Notes under the pieces: generated by a model
Seen by the model: only the letters and a program-made list of their open reading frames with translations
What the model was told of the DNA's origin: nothing
Databases searched by the model: none
Translations under genes and position numbers: made by a program
Virus record (IMG/VR): IMGVR_UViG_3300030099_005086
Span: 46,740 to 110,739 of that record
Source of the DNA: a virus
Strand: one strand, 5' to 3'
DNA: 64,000 nucleotides
Shown: in pieces, positions 49,074 to 56,530 of the stretch
Layout: each line of letters starts with the position of its first letter
Numbering within the stretch: position 1 is the first letter of the stretch

Positions 49074-49236
49074 GGAAGCACAAGATGCTTGGGATTTATA
49101 TAGTATAAGTCCTGAGCTAACATGTGCGTGTGATGAAGTACATACATGTCAACAATGTTATGAAGAATGGCAAGAAGAAAAGAAACTTATACTTCAAAAA
49201 CTTGAAGATGCTTTAAAAGAAAGCAAAGATGAATAA
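49063..49236 (+). CDS. Small Cys/His-containing protein, 57 aa; missing from the ORF track
   Basis: MLFEEAQDAWDLYSISPELTCACDEVHTCQQCYEEWQEEKKLILQKLEDALKESKDE; CxC-x3-H-x-CxxC. Confidence 0.65.
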   Translation: MLFEEAQDAWDLYSISPELTCACDEVHTCQQCYEEWQEEKKLILQKLEDALKESKDE

Positions 49237-49242
49237 TACAAG

Positions 49243-49272
49243 TGTATTCCTAAGCAAGAAGATAAACTGCTT
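49243..49272 (+). ncRNA. Candidate small H-type pseudoknot
   Basis: TTC(49247-49)/GAA(49258-60) stem; loop AAGCA(49252-56) is complementary to TGCTT(49268-72) after an AAAC linker. Confidence 0.5.
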
Positions 49273-49322
49273 TACTAATGTAGCCAAGGACGGTCACAAG
49301 CCCGTGTAAATACAGAGTGGTA
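49273..49322 (+). ncRNA. Twister ribozyme (type P1)
   Basis: TAC-TAA-TGTA-GCC-AAGG-ACGG-TCACAAGC-CCGT-GTAAA-TACA-GAG-TG-GTA. P1 TAC/GTA, P2 TGTA/TACA, P4 ACGG/CCGT; conserved UAA, GC, U...AAGC loop and GAG; pseudoknot CA/TG. Predicted cleavage between 49276 and 49277. Confidence 0.9.
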
Positions 49323-49352
49323 TAACAATGTTTAATTAAATTCAAAAGTCAA

Positions 49353-49484
49353 ATGGCAAAAAACGTAGGATTTCAGTATAGAGCTGAAGGTAAAAGAAAA
49401 AGAAAAGGTATACACTCTAAGAACAAGAGTAGAACCAAAGGTGGAAAACAGTATAAGAAACGTTATAACGGACAAGGTAGGTAA
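49353..49484 (+). CDS. Small very basic peptide ending Y.GQGR, 43 aa; missing from the ORF track
   Basis: MAKNVGFQYRAEGKRKRKGIHSKNKSRTKGGKQYKKRYNGQGR. A-rich leader; its stop is 1 nt before the next ATG. Resembles the KxYRGQG peptides common in aquatic phages. Confidence 0.8.
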   Translation: MAKNVGFQYRAEGKRKRKGIHSKNKSRTKGGKQYKKRYNGQGR

Positions 49485-49485
49485 G

Positions 49486-50085
49486 ATGAAAACAATATTA
49501 AAATCAAAGAAGAAAAGTTATAAAGATACTGAGTATACAGTATTACAAGATAACAATGAAATTGTATTCTCTAGAAATTTTGTTGGAGGTGCATGGTCAA
49601 TTGACACTCTTAACTTAAATACCAAGCTTGTTAAGCAAAGAACTGCTATAGATTATGTAAATACTAAATATCTTGAACAAAGATTCAAAGATATAAATGA
49701 TTTAATTGAAGCAGATGAGTATTATTCTGCTAAGATTAAGAGATTACATGGAGATCATAACTTGAGTTATAGTTATAATTTAAGTATTGTAGTGCCTAAT
49801 GTAGGATCAGGTATAAAAACCAAAGTTGATGTTTGGGATAATGGTCTAATGTTTGTAAGCATGGACAATAATTCTGATGAAGTTAGAACTAGTTGGGACT
49901 GTGTAACTGATATTAAAACTACAAGATCTATAGGTAAAGACTTTAGATTTAAGTTAAAGCACCTAAATCTTGATTGGATTAGATATGCAATACAAGAAAG
50001 AGCTTTGTATATTGATGAAGGAACTACTGATATATGTATTCCTTGGCAATATGTGAATCCTGTAGAGCTGCTTGAAGCAGAATAA
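49486..50085 (+). CDS. Hypothetical early protein (start moved from GTG 49441 to ATG 49486)
   Basis: In-frame ATG directly after the stop of the basic peptide. Confidence 0.65.
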   Translation: MKTILKSKKKSYKDTEYTVLQDNNEIVFSRNFVGGAWSIDTLNLNTKLVKQRTAIDYVNTKYLEQRFKDINDLIEADEYYSAKIKRLHGDHNLSYSYNLSIVVPNVGSGIKTKVDVWDNGLMFVSMDNNSDEVRTSWDCVTDIKTTRSIGKDFRFKLKHLNLDWIRYAIQERALYIDEGTTDICIPWQYVNPVELLEAE

Positions 50086-50216
50086 CAGCATACATGAGGT
50101 ACTAACAGTACCATAGTATAATACTTACATATCATATGTATAGTTACATATGGTATGGGGTTGATTGTGTGAATAGTGAGGGGTAATTAAGTTTACTCCT
50201 CACTCAAAATTTAAAA

Positions 50217-50300
50217 AGGGTGTTGAATGGTGTAAGACCAGACGTGGCAATACCAACTTAATTGAGGAGAAAACGGTTGCGTTAACCAACCCTCAGCCCT
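50217..50300 (+). ncRNA. Candidate multi-stem structured RNA
   Basis: Closing AGGGT/GCCCT; GTTG/CAAC enclosing TGGT/ACCA and GTG-GCAA-TAC; TGAGG/CCTCA enclosing GGTT/AACC. GC-rich relative to the genome. Confidence 0.5.
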
Positions 50301-50327
50301 AAACTTATTATCTAAAAATATAATATA

Positions 50328-50834
50328 ATGGCAATAGAGATTACAAAAAAGACTGCTGCCAAGCTTATAAATGCATATATTGATTCTTCTCAATCTAGAT
50401 ATGCTGTTGATTTAATTGTTAATTCACTTACTAGTGATAAGATTAGCAAGCTTGTAGAGATATTAACTATGAATGAAGAACCTCAGACTTATAAGATTGG
50501 TGACTTTGTTGGAGTTAGATCTACTGAATCATATCAAATTAAAGATTTAATAAAAAATAAGTCTTTTGATAAACTATTAGAAGCAAACTTATGTAAGTTT
50601 ACTCCAGAAGGTTATATATTGTTTGGTATGATAAAAGATTCTGCTGGTTATGGTGACTTTGATAAGTGGGCAGATAGATTTACTATTGAAGTTATTTATC
50701 CAGATGATAAAGGTAATGTTACTACAGGATCAGCAAGAATAGATGCAAGTGAGTTTGTATCAGCACATAACTATAAAAAAAGATTAGATGAATACTTTTC
50801 TACAGAAAAATATAATGTACGTGAAGAGGCTTAG
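50328..50834 (+). CDS. Hypothetical protein
   Basis: ORF with an A-rich leader. Confidence 0.7.
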   Translation: MAIEITKKTAAKLINAYIDSSQSRYAVDLIVNSLTSDKISKLVEILTMNEEPQTYKIGDFVGVRSTESYQIKDLIKNKSFDKLLEANLCKFTPEGYILFGMIKDSAGYGDFDKWADRFTIEVIYPDDKGNVTTGSARIDASEFVSAHNYKKRLDEYFSTEKYNVREEA

Positions 50835-50908
50835 GTTTATCATATTACTATTAATATGTTATTTGTTTTGGTTAGCGTCAGTTATGATATTACTTACTAA
50901 AGTACTTT

Positions 50909-51160
50909 ATGGCTGATAAGATAGAAAAATTTGGGATTGTTAATAAGATAGTTATTGATGATCCTGAACTATCTATCCAAGCAAAAGGTATATATAGTAT
51001 CCTTTGTACCTATGCAAATAAGAATAGACTTTGTTTTCCTTCAATAAATACCATTGCTAATACTGCAAATGTTAGTACAAGCACAGTTGATAGGAAAATA
51101 AAAGAGTTAAAACAGCGTAAATACATACAAAAAATAGGTAGAAAATACAAAATTTTATAA
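50909..51160 (+). CDS. Helix-turn-helix protein (HTH_36-like)
   Basis: LSIQAKGIY..L......CFPS..TIA....VS.STV.R.IKEL....YI. Confidence 0.8.
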   Translation: MADKIEKFGIVNKIVIDDPELSIQAKGIYSILCTYANKNRLCFPSINTIANTANVSTSTVDRKIKELKQRKYIQKIGRKYKIL

Positions 51161-51256
51161 ACACTTAGCTATATATCTGTTAAAAAGTTAATGTAGCTTA
51201 TATATAATTACTAGATACAGGTTCATATTTTAATATATTTGTTAAAACACTGAACA

Positions 51257-51520
51257 ATGATTTATCAGCTGCCAAATGGTAGAACCATAGAAATTTCTTT
51301 AGAGCAATACCTTGAGCTCACTGATATAGAATTACAAGAACTTGTAGGTCTAGGTAATCAGTATACTATGGAGATAAATGATCCTTTTTATAAAAGTTTC
51401 TCAGGAAATTTTAAAGAAGAAGGTGTAACATTAACAGATGATGATATTGAACTAGATCTAGATCAAATAGATTCCATTGAAAAACTATCTGATAGTACAT
51501 TTCATAGGGATGACCTTTAA
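51257..51520 (+). CDS. Conserved acidic hypothetical protein
   Basis: Starts MIYQLPNGRTIEISLEQYL; TATATTTG promoter box at 51234-51241. Confidence 0.65.
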   Translation: MIYQLPNGRTIEISLEQYLELTDIELQELVGLGNQYTMEINDPFYKSFSGNFKEEGVTLTDDDIELDLDQIDSIEKLSDSTFHRDDL

Positions 51521-51555
51521 AACTTTTTTATTAATTTTTCTTTAAACTTCAAAAA

Positions 51556-52158
51556 ATGCAAAAGAAGAACAGTTCTGTTACTGTAGTTCAAGATGAGCTA
51601 GGTAACAACATCCGTGTGTCCAAAAACAATGTGGAGTATGGTCACATCAGAGTATCTCAAACTAAAGTTGGATTTTCAGCTACAGGTTGGGTTAAAAAAT
51701 CAAATGTAAGTACACTTATACATGGTACTGTAGAAGATCTACAAGAAGTAGGTTTAAATGAGGTAACTGAGTTACCTGGTAATATTGTAGTAAAAGAATC
51801 AACTACACCATTTAATGAAGAAGATCCAGATAGAGATCTTAAAGTTGCTGGTGAAACTGGTATTGTATGTTGTATTCATGGTGAACCAATTTATAGAAAG
51901 ACTTTCTATGATGCATCTGGATTACAAGAAGATGAATTGATAGCACATGATAATGGTGATGCAATTAGAGAAGCTAATGCTGCACCAACAAATGCTAAAA
52001 TAGATGAATTGCTTGATAAAGCAGAAGAAGTTAAATCTAAACAAGTTGATTTAGAAGACTCTATTGAAGAAGTAATGTCAGAAGATACTGAAGAAGTAGA
52101 AGATGTTGTTACTGATGAAATAGAAGAAGAGGTAGAAGATGCTACTTTTGAGCTATAA
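51556..52158 (+). CDS. Putative ssDNA-binding-like protein with an acidic tail
   Basis: Beta-rich N-domain and long acidic tail ending EDATFEL; followed by a terminator. Confidence 0.45.
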   Translation: MQKKNSSVTVVQDELGNNIRVSKNNVEYGHIRVSQTKVGFSATGWVKKSNVSTLIHGTVEDLQEVGLNEVTELPGNIVVKESTTPFNEEDPDRDLKVAGETGIVCCIHGEPIYRKTFYDASGLQEDELIAHDNGDAIREANAAPTNAKIDELLDKAEEVKSKQVDLEDSIEEVMSEDTEEVEDVVTDEIEEEVEDATFEL

Positions 52159-52187
52159 AAGATAGCTAGTTAATTTTTCATTGTTAG

Positions 52188-52220
52188 AGGGGTAGTATTA
52201 ATTTACTATCCCTTTTTTTT
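52188..52220 (+). terminator. Intrinsic terminator
   Basis: AGGGGTAGTA-TTAATT-TACTATCCCT followed by a T run. Confidence 0.85.
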
Positions 52221-52241
52221 CACTTTTAATACACCTAAAAA

Positions 52242-52736
52242 ATGCTTAATACAATTCAATACAACAACCTGAAAGAAAATTTCATTAGACAAAGATTAAA
52301 TACACTGTGTATTTTAGAAGATTATGAGAATAATGCTCACACAATACCATTAAGATTTGAATATACAAAATTAAATCCACAACAACATTTCTTATTTAAA
52401 AGAGTGTTACATGGTCTTAAGATGTATAAGAAAGAAGAGATTGATAGCATGCATAATGCAAAAAGAAAAAGAATAATTAAAGTCTGGAAGCGTGGACAAG
52501 ATACAATCAACTTTATGAAACAACGTATTTGTAATAGAAAAGCAAATATTATTTTTAGTATATTTACACACAGCACTTTTGCTAAAAATTTACTAGAAAA
52601 TTATCCAGATACTGATTGTGAACCTACATATATTAATAAATTAAACTTAAAAGATTTGAATATTAAATATGAAGATCTAATTATAAAGTTTATAAGTGTA
52701 GGATTACTACCTAAAAACTTTTTTGACATTAAATGA
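52242..52736 (+). CDS. Hypothetical protein
   Basis: Coupled ORF. Confidence 0.65.
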   Translation: MLNTIQYNNLKENFIRQRLNTLCILEDYENNAHTIPLRFEYTKLNPQQHFLFKRVLHGLKMYKKEEIDSMHNAKRKRIIKVWKRGQDTINFMKQRICNRKANIIFSIFTHSTFAKNLLENYPDTDCEPTYINKLNLKDLNIKYEDLIIKFISVGLLPKNFFDIK

Positions 52737-53002
52737 AAAGTCAATCTAAAAAACTTGCAAAGGCAAATGCAAAATATTCTAAGTTAAGAAAAGAATTTTT
52801 GTGGGATAAACCTAATTGTCAAGCAAGAATGCCTGGATGTACATTAAAATCAACAGATATACATCACAAGTTAGGACGTGGAAAGTATTTAAATGATACT
52901 TCCACGTGGCTATCTTGTTGTAGAAAGTGTCATGATTGGATAGAGTTACATCCTGAAGAATCAATAGAATTAAATTTTACTATAAGTAGACATGACAGAT
53001 AG
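52733..53002 (+). CDS. Small HNH-type Zn-binding nuclease-like protein
   Basis: C.....GC....TDIHH...RG......W...CRKCH. Confidence 0.75.
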   Translation: MKSQSKKLAKANAKYSKLRKEFLWDKPNCQARMPGCTLKSTDIHHKLGRGKYLNDTSTWLSCCRKCHDWIELHPEESIELNFTISRHDR

Positions 53003-53186
53003 AGAAAGAGCAATTGAAACTTGTAAAAATCTTATGGGGACTATACAAACTATGTCAAATAGAAAAGAATATAGTCACTTATTACATGATATGTTTGATA
53101 AACCTCAACCAAAATCAAGTAAGCTTAAATATATGCTTAGAAAAATAATAAAAGAAAATAATATTACTAAAGAGGAATTAAAATGA
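52992..53186 (+). CDS. Hypothetical protein
   Basis: Overlapping, coupled ORF. Confidence 0.55.
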   Translation: MTDRERAIETCKNLMGTIQTMSNRKEYSHLLHDMFDKPQPKSSKLKYMLRKIIKENNITKEELK

Positions 53187-53491
53187 TAGATGCATTTAAA
53201 AAAGGAGAATATTGGTCAGAACAAAATAAAAAAGACTTTGAAAAATTACCACCAGAAAGTCAACGCGTAGTTAGAAGTAATGAAGTACGTCATAAATTAA
53301 CTATGCCTAATCTTAAATTAAGAGGTTATAAAAAATTAAGTGAATATACAACACATGAAATGTATGAAGATTTACGTCAATTGACTGGAAGAGATATGAT
53401 AGAAGTATGTGTAGAGTTCTGGGGGACTATAAAATATTTACAAGAAGAAATAAAAAAACTTTCTAATGAACAGGGAACAAGTACAGACTAA
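53183..53491 (+). CDS. Hypothetical protein
   Basis: ATGA-coupled ORF. Confidence 0.55.
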   Translation: MIDAFKKGEYWSEQNKKDFEKLPPESQRVVRSNEVRHKLTMPNLKLRGYKKLSEYTTHEMYEDLRQLTGRDMIEVCVEFWGTIKYLQEEIKKLSNEQGTSTD

Positions 53492-54563
53492 AGCTCTAGA
53501 AGTTATATCAGATAAAAAAAGATGTGGATTAGGTATATCAATGGGTGTTGGTAAAACTAGAATAGCAATCAACCATTTGAAGAGTAACTTTAATCCATTT
53601 ATAAAAGCATTAGTAGTAATACCAAAACTATCTGTCAAAGATTCTTGGATGGAAGAGTTAGATAAAACTAACTTAGTAACATTAAAAGAACATTTAACAT
53701 TTACAACTTATCTATCTTTAAATAAACATAATCCAAATGAATATGATATTGTTTATTTAGATGAGTGTCATAGTTTGTTACTATCACATGAACCATTTCT
53801 ATCTACTTATAATGGTAAGATCCTTGGTCTAACTGGTACACCACCAAAGAGACATGGATCAGAAAAGTATAGAATGGTACAGAAATACTGTCCTATAGTA
53901 TATAAGTTTAGTGTTGATCAAGCAACGGACAATAATATATTAAATGATTATAAAATTATTGTTCATGAGTTACAACTAAATAAGCTACAGACAGTAAAAA
54001 AGAATAACAAAAATGGTGGACATTGGTACACATCTGAGTTAAAAGATTATCAATACTTTAGTCAAAGACTGGAAGATGCACAAACACAAAAGCAAAAACA
54101 GTTTTCTGCAGTAATGAGAATGAAAGCAATGATGGAGTATCCTACTAAAGAAAGTTATGTTAAAGGTGTGTTACAAAATATATCTGATCAAGTAGTTATT
54201 TTTGCTAATACACAAAAGCAAGCTGATAGATTATGTAAATATAGTTATCACTCTAAAAATAAGCAGTCTGAACATAACTTGGAGTTATTTAGTGATGGTA
54301 GAATATCACAGTTATCTTGTGTGTTACAACTTAATGAAGGTGTTACAATACCTAACTTAAAACAAGGTATTATAATGCATGCATATGGTAATGAAAGAAA
54401 AACATCACAGCGTATTGGTAGATTACTTAGATTAAATCCTAATGAAACAGCAATATGTCATATATTGTGTTACAAAAATACAGTAGATGCTAAGTGGGTT
54501 AAGTCTGCATTATCAACATTTGATCAAGATAAGATACATTATTATAATCCATTAACAGATTGA
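53466..54563 (+). CDS. Superfamily 2 (DExH, UvsW-like) helicase
   Basis: Motifs SMGVGKT, DECH, GLTGTP, LNEGV.IP and QRIGRLLR. Confidence 0.9.
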   Translation: MNREQVQTKALEVISDKKRCGLGISMGVGKTRIAINHLKSNFNPFIKALVVIPKLSVKDSWMEELDKTNLVTLKEHLTFTTYLSLNKHNPNEYDIVYLDECHSLLLSHEPFLSTYNGKILGLTGTPPKRHGSEKYRMVQKYCPIVYKFSVDQATDNNILNDYKIIVHELQLNKLQTVKKNNKNGGHWYTSELKDYQYFSQRLEDAQTQKQKQFSAVMRMKAMMEYPTKESYVKGVLQNISDQVVIFANTQKQADRLCKYSYHSKNKQSEHNLELFSDGRISQLSCVLQLNEGVTIPNLKQGIIMHAYGNERKTSQRIGRLLRLNPNETAICHILCYKNTVDAKWVKSALSTFDQDKIHYYNPLTD

Positions 54564-54564
54564 T

Positions 54565-54951
54565 ATGCCAAAAGGATATTTCTTTTCACAAATGGTTAAA
54601 GATGGTGATGAACTTAATCACAGTATAAAAGCCAAAGGTAAACTTTATGATAACTTTGTAAAAGAATTACCTGAAGGTACTAAAGTAGAAGTATTTATTA
54701 ATATAGTTGGAAAGAAAGCAAGCAATGCTCAGATTGCAAGAGTGCATGTAATGATACGTGAACTAGCAGCAGAGATTGGTTATAGCTTTCAAGAAACTAA
54801 ATTACAAGTAAAAAGAAAAGCAGGATTGTGTTTTAATAGAGATGGTCAAGAATATTGTAAATCATTTGGTGATTGTGATATTCAAGAAATGTCTTCTGTT
54901 ATACAAACTATTATAGATATGGGTGATTTTGTGGGTGCTAATCTTCGTTAG
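54565..54951 (+). CDS. NinB/YbcN-like recombination accessory protein
   Basis: S.AQ...VH..IRELA.EIGY....K...K and KS.......EMS..I pattern. Confidence 0.55.
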   Translation: MPKGYFFSQMVKDGDELNHSIKAKGKLYDNFVKELPEGTKVEVFINIVGKKASNAQIARVHVMIRELAAEIGYSFQETKLQVKRKAGLCFNRDGQEYCKSFGDCDIQEMSSVIQTIIDMGDFVGANLR

Positions 54952-55417
54952 CATCCTTATCTATTCTTTTTTGTAGTTCTTCACCACTAAGTGGATGAAC
55001 ATCATTTTGTAATTTACCAGCTATCCAGCTATTATATTCTTCTTTATCATATACAGCAGTTTTCTTTTGTTTAGCTGCTTGATAATTGAATTCATTTATT
55101 AACATTGATACAGTCCATATAGCTTCATCAAATGGAGTTATTTTATCAGTAGGAGTATCTTTAAAATTAGATTTAACTTTTATTAAAGATTCAAATAATT
55201 CTTCTTCAGAGACTGTAGATAATAAATAGTTTAAGGTATTCTGCAAATTGTGCATAAAATTACCTTCAAAAGCTAAATGTATTAATGCTTTACTTGGTAT
55301 AGCAACAAATGTATCGTCAGGTAATTTATCTCTTAGTTCATTAGCAAGATTAATATCTTCTGCTGTAATATGAGATTCAAAATCAGATTCTATTTCTTTG
55401 GTTTTTTTATCAGACAT
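54938..55417 (-). CDS. Hypothetical protein in inverted orientation within the plus arm
   Basis: 159 aa filling a gap with no plus-strand ORF; own promoter motif at 55458-55469. Confidence 0.75.
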   Translation of the reverse strand: MSDKKTKEIESDFESHITAEDINLANELRDKLPDDTFVAIPSKALIHLAFEGNFMHNLQNTLNYLLSTVSEEELFESLIKVKSNFKDTPTDKITPFDEAIWTVSMLINEFNYQAAKQKKTAVYDKEEYNSWIAGKLQNDVHPLSGEELQKRIDKDANED

Positions 55418-55475
55418 ACTAGTAATTTTTACAAAGATAGTTAAATATATACATATATAATATACTAAAATTTCA

Positions 55476-55483
55476 TATCTTTG
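55476..55483 (+). promoter_or_regulatory. Bacteroidota -7 promoter box TATCTTTG
   Basis: Matches TAnnTTTG, 20 nt upstream of the replication operon. Confidence 0.7.
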
Positions 55484-55503
55484 TAAGCTAAATATTTTAA
55501 AAA

Positions 55504-56013
55504 ATGCAAAACAATATTTTAGAAATGACCACTGATATTCAGAGGTTTAAAAAAGCATTCTATAACAAACATAATAAGACCATTGAAGTTGAACTAGAAG
55601 ATATTTCAGTGATAGAAGATAAAGTTATACTTGGTCTTAACTTTATGAGAAAATTAGCTGAAGATGTTATGTTTAGAGAACATCCTGACTTTAGAAAAAA
55701 ATATAAGAAAGGTCTTAAAGGTAAACATAGACAGCATGAGTTTGTTATATGGAAGCAAGTATTTTCATACATTGCTTGGATGAATAGATATAGTAAATCA
55801 GAAATTGCAAGAGAGTTAAATCAAAATCATGCAACTATAATCTATAATACTAGAAATATAGAAGATTTATTATCTATTAATGATAGGCAATGTCTATTTG
55901 TATATAATAATTTATTAAAAGAATACTACAAGTATGTGGGAATTAATGCAAAAGATACTGAAGGACAAGTTGACTCCAAATCAATTGCTTCTGCTGTATT
56001 GTTTGAAAAATAA
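55504..56013 (+). CDS. Protein with a DnaA C-terminal (domain IV) DNA-binding domain
   Basis: KHRQHEFVIWKQVFSYIA....YSKSEIARELNQNHATIIY matches the R...V..RQ...Y......IG......DH.TV pattern; no AAA domain. Confidence 0.75.
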   Translation: MQNNILEMTTDIQRFKKAFYNKHNKTIEVELEDISVIEDKVILGLNFMRKLAEDVMFREHPDFRKKYKKGLKGKHRQHEFVIWKQVFSYIAWMNRYSKSEIARELNQNHATIIYNTRNIEDLLSINDRQCLFVYNNLLKEYYKYVGINAKDTEGQVDSKSIASAVLFEK

Positions 56014-56530
56014 AGTATCAACTCAACAGATTAATAACTGGCTTGAACTAAAAGGCTTGCAAGATAATAATCTAGTTGAAGGTGAAGAAGGAAGCTTCTC
56101 TATTACTACACAAGGTAAGATGATCTTACGTAAGTATGATAACTATTTTGTTAAAGCAAAAAAGAAAACTAATATTCAATTAATGGGTAAAGATTTTCTT
56201 GATAAAATAAATGAGTATAGAAATATATTTCCTGCAGGTAAATTACCTAGTGGCAAACCTGCAAGAGTAAATGTTAGATCACTTGAAACAAATTTTAGAT
56301 GGTTCTTTGAAGAGTATTCACATGATTGGGATACTATAATAAAAGCTACTAAGATGTATGTTAATCAATATGAAGAGAATGACTTTAACTATATGATGAC
56401 AAGTCAATACTTTATAGCTAAACAAGATAAACATAAAGTTAAAACATCTACACTTGCAGATTATTGTGATATGATCATAGATGGAGTATCAGAAATAACT
56501 GATAATCATTTTAAAGAAAAAGTTGTATGA
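55934..56530 (+). CDS. Putative replication initiator/helicase loader
   Basis: N-terminal winged-helix-like part; F...Y...FP and YMMTSQYFI motifs; directly upstream of DnaB. Confidence 0.45.
   Translation: MWELMQKILKDKLTPNQLLLLYCLKNKVSTQQINNWLELKGLQDNNLVEGEEGSFSITTQGKMILRKYDNYFVKAKKKTNIQLMGKDFLDKINEYRNIFPAGKLPSGKPARVNVRSLETNFRWFFEEYSHDWDTIIKATKMYVNQYEENDFNYMMTSQYFIAKQDKHKVKTSTLADYCDMIIDGVSEITDNHFKEKVV

Noticed and set aside
50090-50120. Possible hammerhead core around the GGTAC/GTACC hairpin
   Set aside because: The flanks read ACATGA and ATAG rather than CTGATGA and GAAA.
50217-50300. tRNA gene
   Set aside because: The size is similar, but there is no T-loop GTTCRA, no proper anticodon arm and no 7-bp acceptor stem.
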